Shown: positions 1 to 10,232, counted from the stretch's first letter. The stretch: 64,000 nucleotides of DNA from Victivallales bacterium (GCA_045592785.1 JAZNVL010000020.1:9872-73871); one strand, 5' to 3'. Notes: generated by a model not told the origin, from the sequence alone. A program made the numbers and translations.

Positions 1-341
1 TCATCAGCGAAAATGTGGTGTATAAAGTGGAACCGGGTCAGGCTGCCCGGATCAGCAGCAGTCAGTACAATTATCTGGACTTCGGTTATTTCCCCGGGGA
101 AGTCGAGTTCGTGTATCAGCTCCCTGTCACTATCGAAGGACACCGTTATTATCCCGTCAAACTGCTCCTGAAAGATGAGACTTATCCTATCCGGTTCGGG
201 TCAGGGTGTAAAGTGACGATCCTCACCGGACAGGAACGGATCCTCTTTGTACTCATGAACCTGAACAGCAAGGACTATCTGAAACGCCGCTCCAAGACCA
301 TCAAAAAGGTCCTGAAGATCGAAAAGGCGAAAGAAGAATAA
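1..341 (+). CDS. hypothetical protein, C-terminal fragment (gene starts left of the window)
   Basis: Track ORF 15..341 starts at GTG, but the frame stays open back to nt 3, so this is probably the 3' end of a longer gene. A strong hairpin terminator follows it. No family recognised. Confidence 0.4.
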   Translation, partial: ISENVVYKVEPGQAARISSSQYNYLDFGYFPGEVEFVYQLPVTIEGHRYYPVKLLLKDETYPIRFGSGCKVTILTGQERILFVLMNLNSKDYLKRRSKTIKKVLKIEKAKEE

Positions 342-359
342 GTCACAGTTTCACGGCAC

Positions 360-408
360 AAAAAAAACGCACGGTATGACTTTTGCAAGTCACCCGTGCG
401 TTTCTGTT
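360..408. terminator. bidirectional rho-independent terminator between convergent genes
   Basis: An A8 run (360-367) precedes the stem acgcacgg (367-374) / ccgtgcgt (394-401). An inner stem tgactt/aagtca lies inside, and TTTcTgTT follows. The A-run upstream and T-run downstream fit both strands. Confidence 0.65.
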
Positions 409-422
409 ATCGGATTACCGTA

Positions 423-2000
423 TTACCGTATCGGCTTGAAAAAGATCCCTTCATCTCCCTTATGCTCTTTGTTCCAGAGCTTCTTCAGGGCTTTCACGGT
501 CTTTTCCACCAGTTCATTACCGCCCTTCCAGGAAACCAGGTTGCAGTAACGGGATGCGCTGTATCCACGGTTGAGGAACCCGCGCTTGGTGGCAAGATAG
601 GAGCCGCCGCCCCTTCCGGTAACGCCGGAAAGCTGGATGATGAAAGTCTGCACGAAGGGACTTCTGCCCTGGATCCGGTGCTGGAAGTCGACATACAGTT
701 CGAACTGATTGGAAGCAAAGGCGATATCACCGATACACAACACATGGGACTGTGTGCTGTACTTGTCGGTTTCTTCCTGTGCTTTCCATCTTGCGATCAC
801 GCCCTTGCAACGGCTTCTTTCCGCATTCAGACGGCAGTTTCTGTTGAAGATCGCGATTTTGTCTTCGCCTTCCACTTCGGGCTCATAAGACAATTCATTC
901 AAATCTTTCAGACGCTGGCAGGAGAGATCATAGTCTTCCTGTGTGATCATGCGTTTGGAAAGTTTGAGATCCAGCACGTCGTGATGGATGGGAGCGTAAT
1001 TGATGATGTCCTTCTTCGCCCAGGCGTAGACTTCGGAAAAACTGGCGGCGATGCGTTCCGCAATGTCTCTGCGACGGAATTCTTCCGCATAACGTTCTTC
1101 TTCGCCGGCGTATTTCAGCATGTATCTGCGTTCTTCCGCCTTGTAGTAATGGAGCTGACGGGGTGACAGGTCGCCGCCCGCGCCCGCCTGGGAGAGAATA
1201 TAGATGTTGCCGAATTTCTTGCGGATGGCAGCTCTCGTTTCAGCCCAGAAGGAGGCAGTCTGCTTGAGACTGTGTTCCGTATTCTGGGAGGGACAGGGCA
1301 CGTTGATGATGGCACCGGTCAGTTTCTTGTTTTCATCGAATGTGAAAAGCAGATTGACGAACGCATCGGAACCGCCTTCATACCCGGAGAATTTGGCATC
1401 GGCGGTGCTGCCGTACATGGCGGCGTGCCCGTTGACACCGTGCGTGGAGTTATTGGTTGCGCCGGGACGTTTGGAAAGGTCGTCGTGATACAGACATCTT
1501 CTGCTGTGAGCGACGACAGCGAATCCGTAACCGTAAGCGATACCGCCGTTGGCACGTTTGTCGTATGCTTCGCAAACGATATCCGCCAGACGGTTCACCA
1601 GGAATTTCCGGTATTCCAGACCATCCACGAAATCAATGGAGGTGGGAACAGGGACATCGCCCTTGAGTTCGCCGTCGGCGGTGGTGATGTTACTGGTGAA
1701 GAACGCGGGACCGGCGTGCGTATGAGTCACGTTAAGCACGATCTTTTCCACCGGAATGGCGGCATTGCGTGCCTTCACCGCAGCATGGACTTCATCCGTA
1801 AGTCCCTGACCGGGGGTCACCAGGTCGATGGAGAGGAAGCAGACGTCATCCTTGCCGTCACTGATCCAGAGAGCAGTGGCGGTGATGGGGTCCAGCACCC
1901 CCTGGGAGATACGCATGTAAAACTGTCCGGGGAGATTGACGGGATCCGTGGTGGAGACATCAGCGGCAGCCCATCCGATGGAGAAAAATTTCTTTTCCAT
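423..2000 (-). CDS. neutral/alkaline (non-lysosomal) ceramidase-like N-terminal-domain hydrolase
   Basis: 525 aa. The N-terminal pattern G..aaDvT....LpG.......GV.DPi.A.AL.i.dG...v.FlS.DL ... followed by VTHTHAGP resembles the neutral ceramidase N-domain (THTHSGP). The opposite-strand ORFs have antisense-like composition. Confidence 0.55.
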   Translation of the reverse strand: MEKKFFSIGWAAADVSTTDPVNLPGQFYMRISQGVLDPITATALWISDGKDDVCFLSIDLVTPGQGLTDEVHAAVKARNAAIPVEKIVLNVTHTHAGPAFFTSNITTADGELKGDVPVPTSIDFVDGLEYRKFLVNRLADIVCEAYDKRANGGIAYGYGFAVVAHSRRCLYHDDLSKRPGATNNSTHGVNGHAAMYGSTADAKFSGYEGGSDAFVNLLFTFDENKKLTGAIINVPCPSQNTEHSLKQTASFWAETRAAIRKKFGNIYILSQAGAGGDLSPRQLHYYKAEERRYMLKYAGEEERYAEEFRRRDIAERIAASFSEVYAWAKKDIINYAPIHHDVLDLKLSKRMITQEDYDLSCQRLKDLNELSYEPEVEGEDKIAIFNRNCRLNAERSRCKGVIARWKAQEETDKYSTQSHVLCIGDIAFASNQFELYVDFQHRIQGRSPFVQTFIIQLSGVTGRGGGSYLATKRGFLNRGYSASRYCNLVSWKGGNELVEKTVKALKKLWNKEHKGDEGIFFKPIR

Positions 2001-2032
2001 AAAAACGAAACCTTATGTTAAGTTTGGGGTGA

Positions 2033-4105
2033 TCAAATCTTCTGGATCAGATAATGCACAGACGGGAAGTCGCCGCCGGTCTTGAACATGATCTTTCCGT
2101 TTTCCGTGACCGGGAAGGCACTGCCGACCTGCATACCGCTGTCGCCGATGGCATCCACGCGGAAGATACCGGTATTGTTTTCGATCTCGATCTCTGCTTC
2201 GATGACCTCGGCTTCAATGGGACCATGTCCTTTGGAGTACTGGATGGTATGGTCGTCATTGTACTGCGCATCGGTATTGTCGCAGTTGCCAATGACGGTC
2301 AGCAGAATGTTATCGGATTCCGTGATCGGGGCATCGGAGAGAGAGGACATTATGATGGCTGCGTACGCGTTGCGGCAACGGATCTTGACACCTTTGAGTT
2401 CGATCTCGCCGACGGCACCCAGGAACCCGTAGGCACCTTTGGTACGGGGAGAATCGATCAGCCCGATCCGTTTCTTCATATCGCGGGTGAGTTCGCCCGT
2501 ATCGGAGACGATCTGATCCGGATCTTCCGGAACGATGCGGTCACGGGGATCCACGATCTTTGCGTTCGGGGGGAGTTTCATGCCTTCCAGCATGGTGGCG
2601 ACGGTGGTGCGTTCCGTCACATTGAGCAGTGCCGGGAAGTCGTAGAAGTAAGAAACGCCGGGTGTGCTTTCCATCAGCTTCTGACCCGGGTATTTTTCTT
2701 CGTAATGCGCCTGGGCATCGGCACGCATGAACGAATCTACCGGGACCACAGAAATGCAGTCGGAGGTGCGGATATCCTGTCTGCGGACCATGAGTGCGGC
2801 ATGATAGAACAGGGAGAACCGGCAGGGATCGTTGAACGCATCAAAGATACCGCTGCGGTACGGAACGCCGGAAAGTGCTTCCCCGGTGATGGGTGCAGCG
2901 ATCATATCGATGTTGGGACGGTTGTCATAACGATAGGTATGGATCGTGCATCCGCTCCAGCCTTGCAGTGCGGTACATGCGGCGATGTGCAGCGTACCTT
3001 CTGCACGGTACTGATTGGGCCACGGATCGTCCCATTCGGAAACGAAGAACGGACGGTCGGCAGTCCGGAAGTAGGGGAACGGATCCAGCCAGTGCCAGAC
3101 ATTGCCCAAAAAGGATTCATTTTTGACACGTTTTGCATGGGGAGTCCAGCTCCAACCGTACCAGTAAGTGTGACTGTCGGTGAAGTCCATATCGGTACTT
3201 GCACGGAGCAGTCCGCCTGCGCCATAATTCCAGTTTGTCCCCGTAATGGGGATCTTGACGCCGCTCTTTCCGATCATGTGTTCACGCATTTCGTTGAAGT
3301 ATTTCTTCTGGATCCCGATCTTGAAAAGAGTCATTTCCCGGGTGGAGTTGTCGCTGAAATTGATTTCTTCCGCCGGGGGATACGCGTTTTCTTTTCTCCA
3401 CGCCTGATACTTGTCTTTGAGGCGGGTGAGATAGGGTTCCACGATGCAGTCGCAGTTATTGAAGATCTCGCTTTCGTTGGTGATTTCGGTAAGCGCGATG
3501 GCGGGATCATCTTTGTACGCCAGTTTGGTGTAGGGATTGTAATGGCCCCAGATCTGGTCGCAGAATTCTTTCTGCAGTTCGATCATTTCCTCAACGTGCA
3601 TACTGAGTTTCTTGGCGGAATCGATCATGTGAATGGAGTTTTCGATCCCGTCACCACTGCGGAAACGGCGATAGGTGAGCATATCCAGATACACATAGAT
3701 CCCGTTCTTTTTGAGGGCGTAGATCAGATAGTCCAGACGATCCAGACTTTCCGGATCCAGCGAACGGGTGTTTTCCAGTCTTTTGCCTCTGGTGAACTGG
3801 AAGATATTGGGAGTGGACCAGTCGCCATCCATCTGGTGCATACGGACGATATTCAGCCCGAATTTTGCCAGACGTTTCGCCACCATCTCGCTGTACTCAT
3901 GAGAGGGGAAGCAGGCTGCGCTGTTGAAGTTCGTACCCCAGAAACGGGCTTCGGTCCCGTCTTCAAAAACCATTTTCCCATCTTTGCAGGTGAGAAAACC
4001 ATGTTTTCCAGCCGGCATTTCCTGTTCGAAAATGAAGGAGATGTCGATGGGGGAATCATCCCAGGGCGGGGTGAAATTGACGACTCTTGTCGTTGCTGTC
4101 TGCAT
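2033..4105 (-). CDS. clan GH-A (GH5-like) TIM-barrel glycoside hydrolase
   Basis: 690 aa. It has FWGTNFNSAACFP...MVAKRLAKFGLNIVRMHQMD and a candidate acid/base NE in LTEITNESEIF. AGGAG sits 8 nt upstream of the ATG. It lies 32 nt upstream of the ceramidase-like gene on the same strand. Confidence 0.65.
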   Translation of the reverse strand: MQTATTRVVNFTPPWDDSPIDISFIFEQEMPAGKHGFLTCKDGKMVFEDGTEARFWGTNFNSAACFPSHEYSEMVAKRLAKFGLNIVRMHQMDGDWSTPNIFQFTRGKRLENTRSLDPESLDRLDYLIYALKKNGIYVYLDMLTYRRFRSGDGIENSIHMIDSAKKLSMHVEEMIELQKEFCDQIWGHYNPYTKLAYKDDPAIALTEITNESEIFNNCDCIVEPYLTRLKDKYQAWRKENAYPPAEEINFSDNSTREMTLFKIGIQKKYFNEMREHMIGKSGVKIPITGTNWNYGAGGLLRASTDMDFTDSHTYWYGWSWTPHAKRVKNESFLGNVWHWLDPFPYFRTADRPFFVSEWDDPWPNQYRAEGTLHIAACTALQGWSGCTIHTYRYDNRPNIDMIAAPITGEALSGVPYRSGIFDAFNDPCRFSLFYHAALMVRRQDIRTSDCISVVPVDSFMRADAQAHYEEKYPGQKLMESTPGVSYFYDFPALLNVTERTTVATMLEGMKLPPNAKIVDPRDRIVPEDPDQIVSDTGELTRDMKKRIGLIDSPRTKGAYGFLGAVGEIELKGVKIRCRNAYAAIIMSSLSDAPITESDNILLTVIGNCDNTDAQYNDDHTIQYSKGHGPIEAEVIEAEIEIENNTGIFRVDAIGDSGMQVGSAFPVTENGKIMFKTGGDFPSVHYLIQKI

Positions 4106-4727
4106 AAAAAATACTCCTGTTCCGGCGGGTTCGTTTTACCGCCATGATCTTGGTTTGCAGTGCGTGTTTTTCTGATGGTGAAAGCACACACAGGAATCAT
4201 ATTTCCCTGCGCTTTGAATACCATAGCACATACACTTCACAATTCAAGTGCTTTATTTCATTTTGTCATAAAAACGAAATAAAATGGCAAAATAACGCAT
4301 AACATTTCTGCCGGTTCGCCGCAGTGCCACGTCAAAATGGGAACGCGTTGCGCAATTCGGCGCTGGTCTTCTTGATCCGGTCATTGTAAAATCTTTATTG
4401 GATCAGCAGCCGGAAACACCATATTTCCGTTGATCAAAGCAAAATATTCCGGATATTTTTCAAAAATCCACTGCTTCATTCCGATATTGTCTTTTCACTG
4501 CTGACTTTTTTTACCATTGAATTCATATCTTATTTCACACTGCAGATGCGAAAGCACATTGATTAAAAAAATTGATGGTAAAACATTGCATTTTACGGTA
4601 ATTTTTTTTGATATTTTTCTTTTCCAGGCACCCCAAAAATAAAAAAAACTCCGGTTACCGGATTGCAATATAAAAAAACAGGTGTATATTATACCGCATG
4701 TACGAAATCTAAAATCAAGGCATTGCA

Positions 4728-6128
4728 ATGCAAAGCAATAAAAAATATCAGATCGACATGTGTCATGGCTCACTGTTCAGCCAGATCTTCCGTTTCTCAC
4801 TGCCCATCATCTGCACCAATCTGATGGTCATTCTGTTTCAGGCTGCCGACCTGATCGTGCTGGGACAATTTGCAGCTCCCGAAGTCAAGACTGCCGCCGT
4901 TGCCGCCGTGGGAAGCACCGCCGCTCTGCATGTCATGCTGCTGGTCTTCTTCTTCGGATTCGGTGCCGGGGTGAACGCCATCACCGCGCGGTATGTGGGG
5001 GCGAAAGACCATAAAAAAGTCTCCCGGACGGTCCACACCTCTTTCACGCTGGGGATCTATGCCGGGGTATTCATCGGGATCCTGGGGATCCTGTTCTCCC
5101 GGACCGCACTGCGTTGGATGGGGACCCCGGATGATGTATTGGGGAAAGCCACGCTTTACCTTCAGATCTGCAGTATCGGGCTGCCTTTCACCGTGATCTA
5201 CACCATCGGCGCCGCCATTCTGCGGTCCATCGGCGACACGCAGCGTCCCCTGCTCTACATCACGATCGCGGGGGTATTCAATGTCCTGCTCAACATATTC
5301 TTCGTCACGGTCTGCGGGATGGATGCCGCCGGGGTCGCTCTGGCAACGAAACTTTCCAACGTTCTTTCCGCATGGCTGATCATCCGCACCCTGCTCCATG
5401 CTGACGGCGCACTGCGGCTGCAATACAAGAAACTCCGGATCCATTGGGCTACGCTCAAAGAAGTGTTGTGGATCGGGATCCCCGCCGGATTCCAGGGCGC
5501 GCTTTACAGTATCTCCAATATATTCATCCAGTCTTCCGTGAACTCCCTGGGCAGCAGTGTGATGGCAGGGAATTCAGCATCCCAGAGTCTGGAAGGGATC
5601 GCCAGTATGGCGAGCGGAGCTTATTATCAGACAGCTATGAGTTTCACCGGGCAAAACCTGGGCGGAAAGAAATACAAACGGATCATCCAGAGTATTATGA
5701 TCTGTCTGCTTTATACGATTGCATTTTCCATGATCATGGGCGGCGTCATGCTGGCTTTCGGGAAACCGCTTCTCGGTTTGTATAACCCGGATCCGTTTGT
5801 GATCCGCAGCGGAATGGAACGATTTACTGTGATGATGTGTTCCTACTTTCTGTGTTCCACCATGGACACCATTTCCGGCGCACTGCGCGGGCTGGGACAC
5901 TCCGTCAAGCCCACCGTCACCACGATCATGGGGACGTGTGTCCTGCGTATCTTCTGGGTCCTCTGCATCTTCCCGCAGTACCGCACGATGCAATGTCTGA
6001 TGATTTCTTATCCCATTTCCTGGATCCTGACTGCCGGAATCAACGGGTTGATCCTGTACTACGTCTGCCGCAGAATGCTGCGGGGCGTGGTTGCGGATAA
6101 ACACTACTATCTGTGCGGGAAAGCCTGA
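4728..6128 (+). CDS. MATE family efflux transporter
   Basis: 466 aa and polytopic. The N-terminus FSLPIICTNLMVILFQAADLIVLGQF and the internal repeat with LRSIGDTQRPL / LRGLGHSVKP are typical of NorM/DinF-type MATE pumps. Confidence 0.85.
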   Translation: MQSNKKYQIDMCHGSLFSQIFRFSLPIICTNLMVILFQAADLIVLGQFAAPEVKTAAVAAVGSTAALHVMLLVFFFGFGAGVNAITARYVGAKDHKKVSRTVHTSFTLGIYAGVFIGILGILFSRTALRWMGTPDDVLGKATLYLQICSIGLPFTVIYTIGAAILRSIGDTQRPLLYITIAGVFNVLLNIFFVTVCGMDAAGVALATKLSNVLSAWLIIRTLLHADGALRLQYKKLRIHWATLKEVLWIGIPAGFQGALYSISNIFIQSSVNSLGSSVMAGNSASQSLEGIASMASGAYYQTAMSFTGQNLGGKKYKRIIQSIMICLLYTIAFSMIMGGVMLAFGKPLLGLYNPDPFVIRSGMERFTVMMCSYFLCSTMDTISGALRGLGHSVKPTVTTIMGTCVLRIFWVLCIFPQYRTMQCLMISYPISWILTAGINGLILYYVCRRMLRGVVADKHYYLCGKA

Positions 6129-6171
6129 ACCTGATAAATGCCACTGCTGGAGCAGGAAACGCGATCAATTA

Positions 6172-6951
6172 TCACTTGAAAACTTCAAGAAGCGGTCTTG
6201 CTGTTTTCAATCCCGTCTCAAAGTCAGGCTTGATCGTACATTCCAAACTTATTCGCTCCAGGTGGGGACACTGCCGGAGGACGGCGGCGACCGCTGCCAG
6301 ATGCTCTTCGTCCCCGGGGCGGGGAGAGACGCGCTCCACAGGGGTTCCGTAATGGGCATGGTAAAGAAGATCGGCGAACGCAGGAAGAGCGGCAAGGTCC
6401 TCACCATTCGCATGGTGATGATAGATATCCACCAGACCGCCTACGGCGGGATGTCCTGACAGTGCGGCAACTTTCACCCCTTCGGACACCAGATTGATGT
6501 AGTTGCAATCCTTGCAGGACAGCGGTTCCACGACCACGCGCATCCCGTACTTCTGTGCGATTTCGCCGCAAACGGTCAGGATGCGTACGAACTGGGGTTC
6601 GATCTGTTCACGGGTCATACCTTCGGGGATCCGGCGCACCCAGCCGCTGCCGATCACGGCGATCTTTCCGCCCCATGCGGCAGCACGGGAAAAGCCTTTT
6701 TCGCAGTAATCGGCGACCTGGGCGAGGATGTCGGTCTGATCGCCGTTTTCGGCGTAGATGGGAAAGGCACCGGAGAAGAAACAGTTGTAAGCCTCCACCT
6801 TGATGGGAGATTTTTCCACGCGTGCCGTAAAATCGCGATATTCCTCATCGGAGAGTTCGGTCACCCAACAGAAGTTGGCCTCGATATAATCATAGCCGCA
6901 GGCGGCTGCGGTTGCGAGCTGTTCGGGGGAAGTACATACACCAAGTTTCAT
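6172..6951 (-). CDS. sugar phosphate isomerase/epimerase (xylose isomerase-like TIM barrel)
   Basis: Start moved to the internal ATG (MKLGVCT...), the typical N-terminus of this family. The track ORF extends to 7038. Conserved ...VVEPL... and ...DIYHHH... metal-site-like motifs are present. Confidence 0.7.
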   Translation of the reverse strand: MKLGVCTSPEQLATAAACGYDYIEANFCWVTELSDEEYRDFTARVEKSPIKVEAYNCFFSGAFPIYAENGDQTDILAQVADYCEKGFSRAAAWGGKIAVIGSGWVRRIPEGMTREQIEPQFVRILTVCGEIAQKYGMRVVVEPLSCKDCNYINLVSEGVKVAALSGHPAVGGLVDIYHHHANGEDLAALPAFADLLYHAHYGTPVERVSPRPGDEEHLAAVAAVLRQCPHLERISLECTIKPDFETGLKTARPLLEVFK

Positions 6952-7170
6952 AGTCTGATTCTTCTTTTTTACTCTCAAAGCTGCAAATCTCTCTGCAAAC
7001 TCTTTGAAGGTTGATATTTCTGCACACATCACCATCACTGGTAACGGAAAGTAATATACTGTCTGACCGGATGTTTGTCAAGCCGGTACAGCAAATAAAT
7101 CCCCAAAAAAGTCATCATGGATTTGAGAGACGGGTGCAGAACCGCACGCCGTTCTGCACGGCAGCAAAGA

Positions 7171-8658
7171 TCAGTCTTCTGCGCTTTCGTCTTCTGCGTT
7201 GACGGGGAAATATTTGATCGTTTCCTCTTCCGTAAGTTCCTGTACGGAGCGTAACTTCCGTTCCACCGCCCGGGTACGCACGCCGATCTTATCCACATGA
7301 TTCACGACGGATTCCAGACTTTTCCGTGTAGCATCCATAGCGGCACCGAACTTGCTGAATTCCGATTTTACCGCGCCCAGGATCTGCCAGACATCATTGG
7401 AGTGTTTCTCGATCGCCAGCGTTTTGAACCCCATTTGCAGCGAGTTCAGGAACGCGACCAGATTGGAGGGGCCGACCACGGAGATCTGATAATCGTTCTG
7501 CAAACTTTCAAACAATCCGGGCTGACGCAGGATCTCGGCGTAAATACCTTCGCTTGGAACGAACATCAGGGCAAACGCGGTGGAAACCGGCGGATAAATG
7601 TACTTGGACTTGATGTCTGCGGCACATTTCCGCACCGTTTGTGCGAAGTTCTTCTGTGCTGTTTTCACTTCCGCGGACATACTGGCGTGCTGTTCGTAAC
7701 ACTCCGTCAGCCGCAAATAATCTTCCACCGGGAATTTGCTGTCCACTGGCAGAAAAACCGGTTCTTCGCCTTTGTGTCCCGGGAGACGGATCGCGAACTC
7801 CACCAGTTCCGAACTGTTGGGAACGATGGACTTGTTTTTCTCGTACTGATCGGGGGCGAGATATTGTTCCAGGAGAGCAGCCAGCTGGATCTCGCCGATA
7901 TTTCCGCGCACTTTCACGTTGGTCAAAGCCTTCCGCAAATCGCCCACACCGACAGCAAGATTCTGCATTTCGCCCAGGCCCTTGTGGACCTGCTCCAAAC
8001 GTTCGCTGATGAGCTTGAACGATTCATTGAAATGCTTATCCATGGACTCCTGTAATTTTTCATCCACGGTCTTCTTCATCTCATCCAGTTTCTTTGTATT
8101 GGCATCCTGGATCTCTTTGAGACGCAGGTCCAGATTTTCCCGGTTTTTCACAAGCTGCTGGTTCATGCTTTCCTGAAACTTGTTCTGGAATGTCAGCTGT
8201 TCCTGACGGGAATTGCGGTTTTCTTCCAAAAGGGTCTGATTGAAGGTTTTGATCTTTTCATCCAGCATCTGGATCAGCTGTTTGATTTTCGCATCATTCC
8301 GATCGCCATAGACTTGCAGAGAATCGGTCAGCTGTTTCTCCGTTTTCTCGTTCACGGTCTGCAAATGCAGTTGGAGTTCCTGCAGAAACTTGATGAACTC
8401 ACCAAAGGAATTTTTCATCTGCTCCTGCTGATTGGTAAAGTACTGCATGGTTTCCATGCGGGCGGATGAAAAGTTTTTATTGAGTTCCTCCCGGTTCCGC
8501 GCGGATTCTTCTCCGTTCAGCCTGGTGAATTCATTTTTCAATTCCTGCAAACTCTCTCCGCTGCGGTCGGAAGAAGATGCGGCGGAGATTTTGACCAGAA
8601 GGATACCGGTCACGATCAGGTTGACAACGAGAAGAACGAGAACAACGATTTCGATCAT
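7171..8658 (-). CDS. rmuC: DNA recombination protein RmuC
   Basis: 495 aa with an N-terminal TM helix and a long coiled coil. The C-terminal VEFAIRLPGHKGEEPVFLPVDSKFPVEDY...MFVPSEGIY block is characteristic of RmuC. Confidence 0.85.
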   Translation of the reverse strand: MIEIVVLVLLVVNLIVTGILLVKISAASSSDRSGESLQELKNEFTRLNGEESARNREELNKNFSSARMETMQYFTNQQEQMKNSFGEFIKFLQELQLHLQTVNEKTEKQLTDSLQVYGDRNDAKIKQLIQMLDEKIKTFNQTLLEENRNSRQEQLTFQNKFQESMNQQLVKNRENLDLRLKEIQDANTKKLDEMKKTVDEKLQESMDKHFNESFKLISERLEQVHKGLGEMQNLAVGVGDLRKALTNVKVRGNIGEIQLAALLEQYLAPDQYEKNKSIVPNSSELVEFAIRLPGHKGEEPVFLPVDSKFPVEDYLRLTECYEQHASMSAEVKTAQKNFAQTVRKCAADIKSKYIYPPVSTAFALMFVPSEGIYAEILRQPGLFESLQNDYQISVVGPSNLVAFLNSLQMGFKTLAIEKHSNDVWQILGAVKSEFSKFGAAMDATRKSLESVVNHVDKIGVRTRAVERKLRSVQELTEEETIKYFPVNAEDESAED

Positions 8659-8847
8659 AAGTATTTACCCCATAAATAATTCCAAAGCACCGTGACTGTT
8701 ATCACGGCAACGGTTGCGATATACGGGGTTAATATAACACAAGTTTTACGTTTGTCAAATGGTATCCGCCATACCGGAATACGGCAGATACCATGCGGCT
8801 TCTTTTATTTGACTTTCTGATAAAAGATCACGCTGACACTCCCGGGG

Positions 8848-9246
8848 TCATCCAGTAGAGTTTGCCGCAGAAGGATTTCCGGCAGAGATCGTCTGTTCCG
8901 TTTTCTTTTTATCGATTTCCCGCGGGTTGTTATAATACGCCACAAGCAGAACACCCGCGACGATCAGGACGAATCCCAGGATCGCCATCGGCTGAATCTT
9001 TTCGCGGAATACAAGATACATGGCGAGCTGGATCAGGATAAATGTGCCGCCGGTGCTGATCGCCACCACATTTGCCGCGGGAAGATGACGGTACATCCCT
9101 ATCATGAACAAAATACTTGTTATCCCCACGGCATTCCCGAGGGCGAACCCCCACCAGTAATGGGAAGGGGAAACTGCACCCCACTTGAAGAGCAGATTTG
9201 CCACTATCTGGCACGCCAGAAAAAGAGTTATGTGAAAATATACCAT
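8848..9246 (-). CDS. small 4-TM membrane protein (SMR/EamA-like, DMT superfamily)
   Basis: Start set at the internal ATG (MVYFHITLF...), which is preceded by GGAGA. There are four hydrophobic helices and a charged C-terminal tail. The family call is tentative. Confidence 0.5.
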   Translation of the reverse strand: MVYFHITLFLACQIVANLLFKWGAVSPSHYWWGFALGNAVGITSILFMIGMYRHLPAANVVAISTGGTFILIQLAMYLVFREKIQPMAILGFVLIVAGVLLVAYYNNPREIDKKKTEQTISAGNPSAANSTG

Positions 9247-9264
9247 TGTTTTCTCCTGGAAGAC

Positions 9265-9292
9265 TTGCATTATTCTGTTTGACAGATATATT
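9265..9292 (+). promoter_or_regulatory. putative sigma70-type promoter TTGCAT-N16-TATATT upstream of the AraC-family gene
   Basis: TTGCAT lies at 9265-9270 and TATATT at 9287-9292, with a 16-nt spacer, 44 nt upstream of the ATG at 9336. The same 12 specified bases recur at 16470 and 32077(-). Confidence 0.4.
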
Positions 9293-9335
9293 ACTGCAAG
9301 TTCTGAAAAAAACAATACCATATTTTACTTTTTCC

Positions 9336-10232
9336 ATGAATAATCTGACTGAAAACAATCTTTTCTGTCTCACACAGGACAGAAACAGCGGGAAACAGGG
9401 GACCGCCTGCCCACTGCATTTCGAATTCATCGTCGGGAACGTGACACCGGTCCCGGAAGGACACTCCACGCTCTGGCGGAAAATGCCTTTTCATTTGTGC
9501 TGTGTCGCGCCGGCGATGCCGGAGGGAGCCAGCGTTTCGTTTTACTTTGAGAATCAGGAAGCTATCACCTGCACGGAACCATCTGTCATTTTTATTCCGG
9601 CAGGGGTCACACACCGTCTGGACGATCATGGCCCCGCCAGGGAAAGCATCTGGATCCATTTCCGGCTTCTCTTTATGCCGGACCAGGATCTCTTCTCCCT
9701 TTACAACGTACAGCCCTTTATTACGACAGAACATATTGAAGAGATCGAAGCATTGCTCCGGAAGATCATCGCCTTTCCCTCCAAACTGGATACGGTCCAG
9801 GCAGCCTGGTTTCAACTCTACGGGCAGACGCTCTGCTGTAAACTCATGGAACGTGCCGGGCTTGATCCGGCACATGACACCGCCCCGCAGATCTCGTCCG
9901 AATACAAAAAACTGCTTCCGGCACTGAATCTGCTTTATCGCTCTGACAGAAAGCCGTCGTTACAGGAACTGGCGGCAGCCGTGCATCTCTCCATTTCCCG
10001 TTTTCAAACGTTGTTCCGTCAGGAGATGAAGACCACCCCCGGCAATCTGTTCCGCAAGATCCAGTTCACCCGGGCATGCCGTCTCCTGACGGATCCCGGT
10101 CTCACCCTTGCGGAATGTGCGGAACAGCTTGGATTTTCCGATGCGTTTCATTTCAGCCGTGAGTTCCGGAAACTTTCCGGTTTTCCCCCCAGCGAATACC
10201 GCAAACAATTCTGCAACAAAAAAAACCGTTGA
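9336..10232 (+). CDS. AraC family transcriptional regulator (cupin + HTH)
   Basis: The C-terminal HTH_18 pattern is present (LAAAVHLSISRFQTLFRQEM...ECAEQLGFSDAFHFSREFRKLSGFPPSEYR). Start moved to the ATG at 9336; the track start at 9198 overlaps the divergent gene. Confidence 0.8.
   Translation: MNNLTENNLFCLTQDRNSGKQGTACPLHFEFIVGNVTPVPEGHSTLWRKMPFHLCCVAPAMPEGASVSFYFENQEAITCTEPSVIFIPAGVTHRLDDHGPARESIWIHFRLLFMPDQDLFSLYNVQPFITTEHIEEIEALLRKIIAFPSKLDTVQAAWFQLYGQTLCCKLMERAGLDPAHDTAPQISSEYKKLLPALNLLYRSDRKPSLQELAAAVHLSISRFQTLFRQEMKTTPGNLFRKIQFTRACRLLTDPGLTLAECAEQLGFSDAFHFSREFRKLSGFPPSEYRKQFCNKKNR

Noticed and set aside
2054-4147. 697-aa plus-strand ORF opposite the GH5-like gene
   Set aside because: It has antisense-type composition (G/D/V/F-rich). 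The minus-strand frame has GH-A motifs and a good AGGAG RBS.
4495-4773. 92-aa minus-strand ORF in the AT-rich gap
   Set aside because: It has low-complexity, Phe/Cys/Ile-rich composition, overlaps the MATE start codon, and has no RBS.
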